Assembly (NCBI GenBank): GCA_018240025.1
Contig: JAFEGM010000034.1
Location: forward strand, 31,639-63,638
Origin: Verrucomicrobiota bacterium
GTDB lineage: Bacteria > Verrucomicrobiota > Verrucomicrobiia > Chthoniobacterales > SZAS-18
Length of the DNA stretch: 32,000 bases
Direction of reading: 5' to 3'
The notes under the pieces are model-generated. The model worked only from the letters and a program-made list of their open reading frames with translations. It did not search any database and was not told the DNA's origin. Shown one piece after another: positions 6,833-15,250 of this stretch. Each line of letters opens with the position of its first letter. The first letter of the stretch is position 1. Made by a program: the position numbers and the translations under genes.

Positions 6833-9800
6833 ATGAACTTTCTCCGCCGCGCGGCCTCCGCCGCCTTTCTGCTCCTGGCAGCCGCGCCCGTCGGGGCCTT
6901 GCCCAATCCGGTCATCTTCGTGACTCAGCTGCCGATCGCGACCGAGGTGAACTCGCACACGGTCTCGCAGAGCTTCATGTCCGTCGCCTCGGTCTTCTCC
7001 AATCACCTCGGCGACACCGCCTCGGCGGGACGCGGCGGGGCGCTCTGGATTCTCGATGCCGGCGCGACGGTGCCGCGCAATCTCACGCTCGCGGGCGGAT
7101 TTGGCGGGCCCGGCCAGCCGCTCATCGCGGTGCGCCAGCCGCATGTGCATTGGGACGGAACCAAGGCGCTCTTCAGCATGGTGGTCGGTTCGCCGGCCAA
7201 CGCGGCCGACACAACGGTCTTCTACTGGCAGATCTACGAGATCACCAACTTCGGCGTCGGCCAGACGCCGGTCATCACGCGCCTAGCCACGCAGCCGGCC
7301 GATGCCAACAACGTCAGCCCCTGCTACGGCACGGACGGACGTATCATCTTCGCCTCCGACCGCCCGCATAACGGCGCGCCCCATCTCTATCCCCAACGCG
7401 AGGAGTACCTTTCGCTGCCGACCAACACCGGGCTTTGGAGCCTCGACCGGAACGACGCCAGCAGCCTCAAACTGCTCGAGCATTCGCCCAGCGGCTCATT
7501 CACGCCGTTCGTCGACAGCTTCGGCCGCCTGATCTTCACGCGCTGGGATCATCTCACGCGCGATGCCCAGGGCGTCTACGACCGCGGCCCGGGCCCGGGC
7601 GACACCTTCACGCAGACCAACAACGGCACCTTCAACTACGCCGATGAAACGGCCGGCGCGGCGATCCTGAATTCCCGGTACGAGTTCTTCCCGGAGCCGC
7701 GCAACTTCGACGTCTCGGGTCGGGCAGGCACCAATCTCAACGGCAACTCGTTCAATCAGTTCACCCCCTGGATGATGAACGAGGACGGGTCCGACATCGA
7801 GACGCTCAATCACGTCGGCCGGCATGAACTCTACCAGCGCGCCACGCGGAGCTACACCAACGACAGCAATCTGGTCGACCAGCTGATCACTTCGCAGCGC
7901 CCGTTCATCAACAATCTCTTCCAGGTGGTCGAGGATCCGAACCCGGCCCGCGCCGGCACGTTCTATGCGGTCGATTCCGCGGATGTCGGCTACCACGGCT
8001 CGGGCCCGATCGTGAGGTTCCAGGGCTCGCCTTCCACCAACCCGGCGGCGATGGCGGTCGCCTACGTCACGGCCCAGTCGCTGCCGCCGCAGCCGCCCAT
8101 CACGCCGCTGACCAACCCCATCAACATCTACCGCCAGGTGCGTCCGCTGATGAACAACACGCTGCTGGCGGTCTACACGCCGGCTCGCACGACCGACGGA
8201 TCGCCGGTGACCGGCGGAACCGAGGCCTACCTTTATCGCATGGCGGTGCTGAGCGGCAGCACTGGTTCCATGACTCCAGGCGCGCCGATCCTGGCCAGCC
8301 CGATCACGGCCAACGTGAGCTATTTCGTGAACGGCGCGCCGTTCTCCTACAACGGCCAGATGTGGGAGTTCGATCCCGTCGAGGTCGTCGTGCGCACCAA
8401 GCCCGGCGGCTCCACCGCCGGCTCGGGCGTGGCGGCGCTCGAGGCCGCGGTCTTCAGCGAGGAGAACGTGGATCTGCCGAGCTTCCGCAACTTCCTGCGG
8501 CAGTCGAATCTCGCGCTGTTCGTCAGCCGCAACGTCACCACGCGCGACAAGGCCGATCGCCAGCAGCCGTTCCAGCTCAAGGTCAACAGCCCGACCTCCA
8601 CCACTCAGACGTTGGCGGCGGGCGTGAATCCGGTCGGGACGATCTACGGCATCTCGCACCTGCAGATTCTGCAGGCCGATCTGTTGCGCGGAATGACCTT
8701 CGGCACGGCCACCCCGGTGCCGGGGCGCCGCGTCCTGCCCACGCCATTGAACGATGCGGCCGCGCTGGCCGAGATGCCGCCGGCGCCCGACGCGCCCGCG
8801 CCGGGTTCCGTCAAACTGGGCGACGACGGCTCGCTGGCCGCGCTGGTCCCGGCGCGGCGGGCGATCACGTATCACCTCATCGATACGGACGGAAAGAGCC
8901 AGGTGAAGGAGCGCTACTGGATCAGTTTCCAGCCGGGGGAGGTGCGCACCTGCACGAGCTGTCACGGGCTGAATCAGTCGGATCAGGCGAATGCGGCCAC
9001 GCCGACCAACAAGCCGCAGGCGCTCCGCAACTTCCTCCGTTTCTGGAAGGCCAATCACCCGCCCGGCCTGCTCCAGCACGCGAACGCGGCGGTCACCGTG
9101 CCGAAGTCGGTCGGGACCGTGCATCTCACCGTGACCCGCACCGCCGGCAGCACCGGCCCCGTCAGCGTGCAGTGGCAGACCGTGGCCGGCACCGCGACGC
9201 CAGGGGTCGACTACACCGCGGCCACCGGCACGCTCTCGTGGTCGGACGGCGACACCGCGGCCAAGACGATCAGCGTGACCGCGCTCAACCCCGCTGCCAT
9301 CGGGCCGAGCAAGAGCTTTGCCGTCAGCCTCTCCGGGGCGACGTTCGGGGCTACTATCGGCGGCGGAGGCAGCGCCACAGTCACGCTCACCGAGGCACCC
9401 TACCAGGCCTGGCTCTTCAGCCACTTCGGCGCTGCGGCCAACAACGCGGCCCAAGCGGGCGACACCGCTGACACCGATGGCGATGGCCTTGGCACCCTGC
9501 TCGAATACGTGCTCGGCACCGATCCGACCTCCAACGCTTCCGCGGCCCTACCCACCGTCGGCCGCACGAACGTCGGGGGCCTCGATTACGTCACCCTCAC
9601 GTTCATCCGCGATACGACCGTCCCCGATGCCACCTGCGTGGTACAGCGTTCGGCCGATCTCCAGACCTGGCAGGATGGCTCGAGCTACAGCGCCAGTGCC
9701 ACCGTGTCGGCCAACGCGTTCACCGTCGAAGTCTCGCGGCTGCCCGCCGGCCCCGGCCGCGAGACCATCACCGTGCGCGATGCCCAGCCGGTCGCCGGCG

Positions 9801-9838
9801 GCGAGTCGTTCCTGCGCCTGAAAGCGACGAGACCGTGA
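6833..9838 (+). CDS. Large secreted multidomain protein: signal peptide, PD40/TolB-like repeat region, single CXXCH motif, Calx-beta module, DxDxDG calcium-type motif, C-terminal domain
   Basis: Signal peptide MNFLRRAASAAFLLLAAAPVGA. Repeats of the type GRIIFASDRP / GRLIFTRWD. CTSCH at nt 8951-8965. Calx-beta-like VHLTVTRTAGSTGPVSVQWQTVAGTATPGVDYTAATGTLSWSDGDTAAKTISV (about nt 9092-9394). DTADTDGDGLGTLLEYVLGTDP at about nt 9461-9535. Confidence 0.8.
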   Translation: MNFLRRAASAAFLLLAAAPVGALPNPVIFVTQLPIATEVNSHTVSQSFMSVASVFSNHLGDTASAGRGGALWILDAGATVPRNLTLAGGFGGPGQPLIAVRQPHVHWDGTKALFSMVVGSPANAADTTVFYWQIYEITNFGVGQTPVITRLATQPADANNVSPCYGTDGRIIFASDRPHNGAPHLYPQREEYLSLPTNTGLWSLDRNDASSLKLLEHSPSGSFTPFVDSFGRLIFTRWDHLTRDAQGVYDRGPGPGDTFTQTNNGTFNYADETAGAAILNSRYEFFPEPRNFDVSGRAGTNLNGNSFNQFTPWMMNEDGSDIETLNHVGRHELYQRATRSYTNDSNLVDQLITSQRPFINNLFQVVEDPNPARAGTFYAVDSADVGYHGSGPIVRFQGSPSTNPAAMAVAYVTAQSLPPQPPITPLTNPINIYRQVRPLMNNTLLAVYTPARTTDGSPVTGGTEAYLYRMAVLSGSTGSMTPGAPILASPITANVSYFVNGAPFSYNGQMWEFDPVEVVVRTKPGGSTAGSGVAALEAAVFSEENVDLPSFRNFLRQSNLALFVSRNVTTRDKADRQQPFQLKVNSPTSTTQTLAAGVNPVGTIYGISHLQILQADLLRGMTFGTATPVPGRRVLPTPLNDAAALAEMPPAPDAPAPGSVKLGDDGSLAALVPARRAITYHLIDTDGKSQVKERYWISFQPGEVRTCTSCHGLNQSDQANAATPTNKPQALRNFLRFWKANHPPGLLQHANAAVTVPKSVGTVHLTVTRTAGSTGPVSVQWQTVAGTATPGVDYTAATGTLSWSDGDTAAKTISVTALNPAAIGPSKSFAVSLSGATFGATIGGGGSATVTLTEAPYQAWLFSHFGAAANNAAQAGDTADTDGDGLGTLLEYVLGTDPTSNASAALPTVGRTNVGGLDYVTLTFIRDTTVPDATCVVQRSADLQTWQDGSSYSASATVSANAFTVEVSRLPAGPGRETITVRDAQPVAGGESFLRLKATRP
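8951..8965 (+). other. CXXCH c-type haem attachment motif (Cys707-Thr-Ser-Cys710-His711) within the secreted protein
   Basis: TGC ACG AGC TGT CAC read in frame with the 6833 start. It is the only CXXCH in the protein. Confidence 0.5.
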
Positions 9839-9858
9839 GGGGGAAAGGTTCAAGAGGC

Positions 9859-10053
9859 AGGAATCAAGATTCAAACTGGGTTAAGGGGGAAGGATCAAGG
9901 TGGGCATGTGGCCATCGTTCGGCCGTTACGCAGCTGGCCGTCAAACTCGTCACAAACGGAGCACACGACCATCCACACGACCACCGAGGACCGAGCACCG
10001 AGCCAGTCCTTCCTTAATGCTTCCCCCTTAACCCGGTTTGATTCTTGAATCCT
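9859..10053. repeat. 195-bp AT-rich element bounded by 42-bp imperfect inverted repeats (37/42 complementary), with internal short tandem repeats. Either MITE-like or REP-like.
   Basis: Arm 9859-9900 pairs base by base with arm 10012-10053, with mismatches at 5 positions. The interior carries cacacgacca twice (9962-9971, 9974-9983) and ACCGAGS three times in tandem (9983-10003). The element sits exactly between two convergent stop codons. Confidence 0.6.
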
Positions 10054-10070
10054 AAATCTTGAATTCTTAA

Positions 10071-11825
10071 TCAATCCGTCTCCGCCAGCGCCTCGTCCTC
10101 CTGGGTCACGCGAATGATCTCCTCGACCGTGGTCTGACCCGCCTTCACGCGACGCCACCCGTCCATGCGCAGGGTGCTCATGCCCTCGGCCATGGCGACG
10201 TTCTTGAGCACCGCGCCGTTGGCTTTGTGGACGATCTCCTCGCGCAGGCGTTCGGTGATCTCGCAGATTTCGTAGATGGCCGTGCGCCCGAGGTAGCCGG
10301 TGTGGCGGCAGTGCTCGCAGCCGGCGCCGCGATTGAACCGGTGCCCGAATTCCTTCGGCATGCCGATGCTGTCGAGATACGCGGGATCGTAATCGTGCGG
10401 CTCGGGGCAATGCGGGCAGATCGTGCGCACCAGGCGCTGGGCGAGAAAGGCGCGCACGACGCTGGCCACGAGGAACGGCTCCACGCCCATGTCGAGCAGT
10501 CGGGTGATGCCGCCGACCGCGTCGTTGGTGTGCAGCGTGGAAAAGACCAAGTGGCCCGTCATGGCGGCGCGGATGCCGATTTCGGCCGTCTCGAAATCGC
10601 GCATTTCGCCGACCATGACGACGTTCGGATCCTGCCGCAGGATGGAGCGCAGGCCGTTGGCGAAGGTCAGCTGGATTTCCGGCCGCACCTCGATCTGGCT
10701 GACGCCGGGCAGGCGGTATTCGACGGGATCTTCGATCGTGATGATGCGGCGCTGGACCGAGTTGATGCTGCTGAGGAAGCAGTAGAGCGAGGTCGACTTG
10801 CCCGAGCCGGTTGGGCCGGTGATCAGGATGATGCCGTTGGGCTGGGCCAGCAGGCGCTTGATGGCGGTCAGGTGCTCCTCGCAGAGGTCGAGCCGCGAGA
10901 GGCCGAACTTCTGGTTCTCGTCGCGGGCGAGCAGGCGCAGCGAAATACTCTCGCCGTGCACCGTCGGAATGGTGGAGACGCGCACGTCGATGTCCCGCGC
11001 GCCGTCCTTCAGATTGATGCGCCCGTCCTGCGGCAGCCGGCGCTCGGCGATGTCCATGTGCGCCATGACCTTGAGGCGGCTGATGATCGCGCTCTGCAGC
11101 ATGCGCAGCTGCGGGGGGACGGCCGTCTCGTGCAGGATGCCGTCGATGCGGTAGCGAATGCGCAAATCGTTGTCGAGCGGCTCGACGTGGATGTCCGTGG
11201 CGCGTTCGGCGATGGCCTCGCGGATGATGAGGTTGACGAACTTCATCACGCTGGCCTCGGGATCGTCCGCATTGAGGTCGGCCGCGATCGACTCGCGATC
11301 CTCCGGCAGATCGATGGCGCCCTGATTGAGCAGGATCTGGTCGAACGTCTCTGCGCCCACGCCGTAGAGCGTCTTGATGGCGCGAATGAGCGGGCCGCGC
11401 GGCACCAGCACCCATTTCAGCGAGCGGCCCGGAGCGAATTGCGCGGCCAGCTGGCGCGTGACCGGATTGAGCAGGTCGAAGGTCGCGAGGGTCAGGCTGG
11501 ACTCGCTGCGTTCCAGCGGCAGGACCTGATGCTGAAAGACGAAGCGGCTGGGCAGCGCCTTGACCGTCTCGCGGCCGATCTGATCCGGGTCGAGCCGCGC
11601 CTGAAACGGCACGCGGAAGATCTCGGCCAGCTTGGCGAGGAACTTCTGCTCGTCGACCTGCTGCGAATTGAGCGCCGTGTGCGTCCAGGTGACGCCCGGC
11701 TCGCGCTGGTCGATCAGCGCATTGGCATCGGCTTCAGACGGAATGCCCGCATGGATCAGGGCCTGAACGAGGGACGGACGGGAGGACACGAAGGCGAAGC
11801 TAAAGCGAAATCGGAAATCCGCCAA
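10071..11825 (-). CDS. GspE/PilB-family secretion ATPase (type II secretion / type IV pilus assembly ATPase)
   Basis: T2SSE N-terminal domain, Walker A GPTGSGKST, Walker B VVMVGEMRD, His box STLHTND, tetracysteine CPHC...CEHC. Tracked start is TTG at 11825. GTG at 11789 (VSSRPSLVQALI...) is an equally plausible start. Confidence 0.9.
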   Translation of the reverse strand: MADFRFRFSFAFVSSRPSLVQALIHAGIPSEADANALIDQREPGVTWTHTALNSQQVDEQKFLAKLAEIFRVPFQARLDPDQIGRETVKALPSRFVFQHQVLPLERSESSLTLATFDLLNPVTRQLAAQFAPGRSLKWVLVPRGPLIRAIKTLYGVGAETFDQILLNQGAIDLPEDRESIAADLNADDPEASVMKFVNLIIREAIAERATDIHVEPLDNDLRIRYRIDGILHETAVPPQLRMLQSAIISRLKVMAHMDIAERRLPQDGRINLKDGARDIDVRVSTIPTVHGESISLRLLARDENQKFGLSRLDLCEEHLTAIKRLLAQPNGIILITGPTGSGKSTSLYCFLSSINSVQRRIITIEDPVEYRLPGVSQIEVRPEIQLTFANGLRSILRQDPNVVMVGEMRDFETAEIGIRAAMTGHLVFSTLHTNDAVGGITRLLDMGVEPFLVASVVRAFLAQRLVRTICPHCPEPHDYDPAYLDSIGMPKEFGHRFNRGAGCEHCRHTGYLGRTAIYEICEITERLREEIVHKANGAVLKNVAMAEGMSTLRMDGWRRVKAGQTTVEEIIRVTQEDEALAETD

Positions 11826-11858
11826 TCGGCGCGCAGAACGCCGGTGGCTGCGGCGCGC

Positions 11859-12716
11859 TCACCATTGCTCGACCCGGTGGCCGCGCGCCCGGAGCAGGGC
11901 GACCACGCCGTCCGGACCGCCCATGTGGGCCGCGCCGGCGACGATGAAGTATACCTGCCCACTGCGCAGGTAGCCTTCGATCTTCGGGATCCAGGCCCGG
12001 TTGCGCGCACCCAGCAGGCGTTCCGCCATGGCGGGGAAGTCGGCGTAGCTCGTATGAATGGCGCGCGCCAGCTGATCCGCCTCGCCGCGTCGCCACGCCG
12101 TGGTGAGTCGATCCCGATAGCCGGCGCCTTGGCCCTTCTGCGGGATGAAGGTGAGGAGCAGCAGCGCTTCGGCCTCCTTGTCGTTCAAGCCCGAGTAAAC
12201 CCGGGCATGCTCGCGGGCGGTAGCGAGGCCTTCGATCTTCTTGTCGTTGTCGCGCGCGCGCTTGCCGAGGTAGCGCTCGACCCCGATCTCGCCGCCAGGT
12301 GCGCTGGCGCCGATCAGCATGTGGAGATACCAGGCGCGCAGACGCGCGACTTTCGCCTCGGGCATCCCGACGGCACCGAAGACCTTGACCACGTAGGCGT
12401 AGGTGCGCGGGTCGACATGATTGCGCAGGCTGTCGCCCGCCGGGAAAGTGCCTGCCTTTTCGAGTTCGGCGGACATCGAGCTCATGGCATCGGGATCGAC
12501 CTCGAAGGCCAGCCGCTGCGAGAGATCGAACGCGCGGTTGAAGGCTGCCGGCAGCGGGTAATCGGTGCTGCGAAGTTTGTGGATGGAGCCGCCGAGGTAG
12601 GCCACGCGGCCCTCCGGGGAGGTGATCTTCCAGACCGAGGTGCGACTCTGCGCTAAAGCTGAGGTCGGCAGAAGCAGGGTCAATGCGGCGAGCCAGACGA
12701 ATGGGAGGGAGCGCAT
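11859..12716 (-). CDS. TraB/GumN-family protein, secreted
   Basis: Signal peptide MRSLPFVWLAALTLLLPTSALA (ATG at 12716), YLGGSIH and VAGAAHMGG motifs typical of TraB/GumN. The upstream part of the tracked ORF was discarded. Confidence 0.75.
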   Translation of the reverse strand: MRSLPFVWLAALTLLLPTSALAQSRTSVWKITSPEGRVAYLGGSIHKLRSTDYPLPAAFNRAFDLSQRLAFEVDPDAMSSMSAELEKAGTFPAGDSLRNHVDPRTYAYVVKVFGAVGMPEAKVARLRAWYLHMLIGASAPGGEIGVERYLGKRARDNDKKIEGLATAREHARVYSGLNDKEAEALLLLTFIPQKGQGAGYRDRLTTAWRRGEADQLARAIHTSYADFPAMAERLLGARNRAWIPKIEGYLRSGQVYFIVAGAAHMGGPDGVVALLRARGHRVEQW

Positions 12717-12824
12717 GGGCGACGAAAGTCGCACCGATAGACGGGAATTTGGCAGGCGCTGCTTTTTTCTGTGTCGGGCTGGGCTGACGCTTGCGGCTTG
12801 AAATGGTCCTGCTAGACCGCGCAC

Positions 12825-13913
12825 ATGCTACTTCCCCGCTGTCTGGCCTGCGGCGCGCTCTCGCTCCTGGCAGTCGCTCCGGTTGCCGCGCAGGCCCCGG
12901 ACATCGACCGACTGCTTTCCAAACTGCCCGCGCCGGAATCGGTCGTGAAGCCACGGGCCGACCGCCGGCTGCTGGAGGCGCGCGAACTGCAGGCCGATCC
13001 GCAGGCCCGTGAGATGCTCAAGGCCATCGAAGGGCGGGATGCCCGGCGGAGTCTCGAACTGGCGCGCGTCTTCACCGAGCGGTATCCGCGCAATGCCTCG
13101 GCGGCTTTCGTGCGTGGCATTCTCGCGATGATCAATCGTCAGCACGCCGAGGCCGACGCCTCGCTGCGCCGCGCGGCCACGCTCGATCCGAAACTGGTGG
13201 TCGTGCAGCAGGGCCTCGCCGTGAATGCCCTCAGTCAGCGCAACTTTGCGGCGGCCATCCCGCCGCTGAAGAGAGCCGCTGAACTGGCCCCGCAGGATCC
13301 GAGCAATTTCCTGGGTCTGGCGGAGTGCTCGGCCCGCCTCGGGCGCAAGGACGAGGCCGCGCTCTATGCCCGGCGGGCCAGCGCGGTGGCGCCGGCCTCA
13401 CCCGGTGTGTGGCTGTCGCTGGCGCGGGCGGAGAATCTCCGGCGAGACTACCCCGCCGCGCTCCGGGCGCTCGGGCGGGCGGCGGAACTGGAACCCGACA
13501 ACTTCATGCTGCAGGCGAGTCTCGGCTTCGGCTACATCAACTTGAAGCGGGACAGCGAGGCGATCGCGCCGCTCGAGCGGGCGTATCGCCGCAACAACAA
13601 GGACGTCGTGGTCGCGGGCCAGCTCGGCTTTTGCTATTTGAAAACCGGGCAATTGCCGCGGGCCGAAGAATTGCTGCGACACGCGACCCGCTTGAACAGC
13701 GCCTACGGCCCGGCCTGGGCGCACCTCGGCCATCTGCAGAACCGGCGCAATCAACCCGCGGAAGCGGTGAAATCGCTGCGGCGAGCGACCGAGTTGATGC
13801 CGCGCAATGCCGGAGCCTGGCGCGACTACGCCGTCGCCTTGCGCGCGGTGGGCCGGGGCGACGAAGCCGCCAAGGCGGAAGCCCGGGCGCAGGGGTTGCC
13901 GAAGCCGGGCTGA
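12825..13913 (+). CDS. Secreted tetratricopeptide-repeat (TPR) protein
   Basis: Signal peptide MLLPRCLACGALSLLAVAPVAAQA, followed by repeated 34-residue A/L/Y/P-patterned units (for example AWLSLARAENLRRDYPAALRALGRAAELEPDN). Confidence 0.8.
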   Translation: MLLPRCLACGALSLLAVAPVAAQAPDIDRLLSKLPAPESVVKPRADRRLLEARELQADPQAREMLKAIEGRDARRSLELARVFTERYPRNASAAFVRGILAMINRQHAEADASLRRAATLDPKLVVVQQGLAVNALSQRNFAAAIPPLKRAAELAPQDPSNFLGLAECSARLGRKDEAALYARRASAVAPASPGVWLSLARAENLRRDYPAALRALGRAAELEPDNFMLQASLGFGYINLKRDSEAIAPLERAYRRNNKDVVVAGQLGFCYLKTGQLPRAEELLRHATRLNSAYGPAWAHLGHLQNRRNQPAEAVKSLRRATELMPRNAGAWRDYAVALRAVGRGDEAAKAEARAQGLPKPG

Positions 13914-13937
13914 GGCCGGTGCCGGAGCGGCGGAGGC

Positions 13938-14624
13938 TCAGGCTCGATTCAACTTGCGGTAGTCCTCGAAGGCGTCGTCTTCGCGGATCGAATACTCCCA
14001 GAGCCGGGCCAGCACCGTGAGGAACGGTGCCTCGCTGGAGGCGGTATCGCGGGCCGTCGAAATCTCCTGGATCAGACGTTCGTATTGCAGCTTCCGGGAA
14101 GGGTAGGCGTCCGGTGAGAACGGCTGCCGGCCGAGCGCTTCCACCTTGGCCGCGAGGACCGAGACGTCGATCGGGGCCAGGATGGGCGTGATCGCTGTCT
14201 TGGGCGCTGGCGGGACGACCACCGCCGGCACCGTCGCCGGAGGGGGCGGAGGCGGAGGCGGCGCGATCGGCGCGGGCGCAGCGCTGGCCGGCGGCAGCGC
14301 GACGGGCGGGGGAGCGATCGGCGCAGTCGGGAGCGGAACCTGGGTGGTCGCCCGAACCGGACCGCTGGGCAGAGGCGGCGCCGAGGGCTGGGAAGGAGTC
14401 GCGGCGCTGGAGACGCCGGCACTTTCCTGGTAGCGCGGGATCAGTTCCTCCACGCGGACCTTGTAGGAAATGAAGGCGCGTTTCTCGAGGTCGCCGATGC
14501 GCTTGCAATGCTCCAGGATCTTGGCCGCAATGCCGCTGCGAGCCGCCTGGTCGGCGGCCTTGCTGTGGGCCTTCTCGAGTCGAAGAACCTCGGATTCGAG
14601 CGATTTCAGTTCGGAGAAACTCAT
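13938..14624 (-). CDS. Hypothetical protein: N-terminal coiled coil, long Pro/Ala-rich linker including an eight-proline run, conserved-looking C-terminal domain
   Basis: ATG at 14624 (MSFSELKSLESEVLRLEKA...). The linker has repeated APIAPPP units. The upstream part of tracked ORF 13938..14855 overlaps the preceding gene and was discarded. Confidence 0.6.
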   Translation of the reverse strand: MSFSELKSLESEVLRLEKAHSKAADQAARSGIAAKILEHCKRIGDLEKRAFISYKVRVEELIPRYQESAGVSSAATPSQPSAPPLPSGPVRATTQVPLPTAPIAPPPVALPPASAAPAPIAPPPPPPPPATVPAVVVPPAPKTAITPILAPIDVSVLAAKVEALGRQPFSPDAYPSRKLQYERLIQEISTARDTASSEAPFLTVLARLWEYSIREDDAFEDYRKLNRA

Positions 14625-14670
14625 GGCACGGGGAGAGCCCGGGACGGTACAGGTCGGCAATCGGTCGCGT

Positions 14671-15120
14671 TCAGCGGAAGTCGATGTGCTGGGTGAAACG
14701 CGCCAGGTTCTTGATCCACTTGTCGAAGAAGACAGCCAGGGTGCCGTAGGCGACGCCACCCGAGATATCGAGATCTGCTTCGATGCAGGGATCGCCGTCC
14801 TTATCCAGATACGCCCGGGTGTAGCGGCCCTGGGAGGCGTTCCATTCATTGACACGACCGAACGTGACCTTCTTTTTGAAGGAAGCGTAGAACTGCAGGT
14901 TGTTGCCCTTGTTGAAGAGCAGGACCTTGTAGCCGCCGATCGTAAAGCGGTAGATGCCCGGCTGGACCTCCTTGTATTCGAGCTTCAGGGCGTCGAGCAT
15001 GCGTTCGATGTTGGCGACGGAGAGGTCCTTGATGATCTCGCCCTGTTCCGCCCGCAGATTCGACGCGCAGGGCAGAACCAGGAGGGCAGCGGCAACAAGC
15101 AGGCGGCGAAGGTGCTTCAT
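14671..15120 (-). CDS. YbjN-like domain protein carrying a signal peptide
   Basis: ATG at 15120 (MKHLRRLLVAAALLVLPCASNLRA). The body, IERMLDALKLEYKEV...YRFTIGGYKVLLFNKGNNLQFYASF...VNEWNASQGRYTRAYLDKDGDPCIEADLDISGGV, matches the pattern I recall for the YbjN / T3SS-chaperone-like fold family. Confidence 0.6.
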   Translation of the reverse strand: MKHLRRLLVAAALLVLPCASNLRAEQGEIIKDLSVANIERMLDALKLEYKEVQPGIYRFTIGGYKVLLFNKGNNLQFYASFKKKVTFGRVNEWNASQGRYTRAYLDKDGDPCIEADLDISGGVAYGTLAVFFDKWIKNLARFTQHIDFR

Positions 15121-15250
15121 GGCGCGGACGCTTCCCGCGCCGCGCCATTCTTGCAACCGCCAAGCGCAGGGGAGACCGCTTTTCCAGCGAAATTCCCGTC
15201 AGCAGACAATTTCGGGTTTTCCCGCGGGTAATCGCGGCTCCGGTTCCCCG

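Noticed and set aside
12719-12732. GNRA-type hairpin gcgac-gaaa-gtcgc next to the TraB/GumN start codon.
   Set aside because: The stem is only 5 bp and the site is isolated, so it is likely fortuitous. There is no evidence of a regulatory role.
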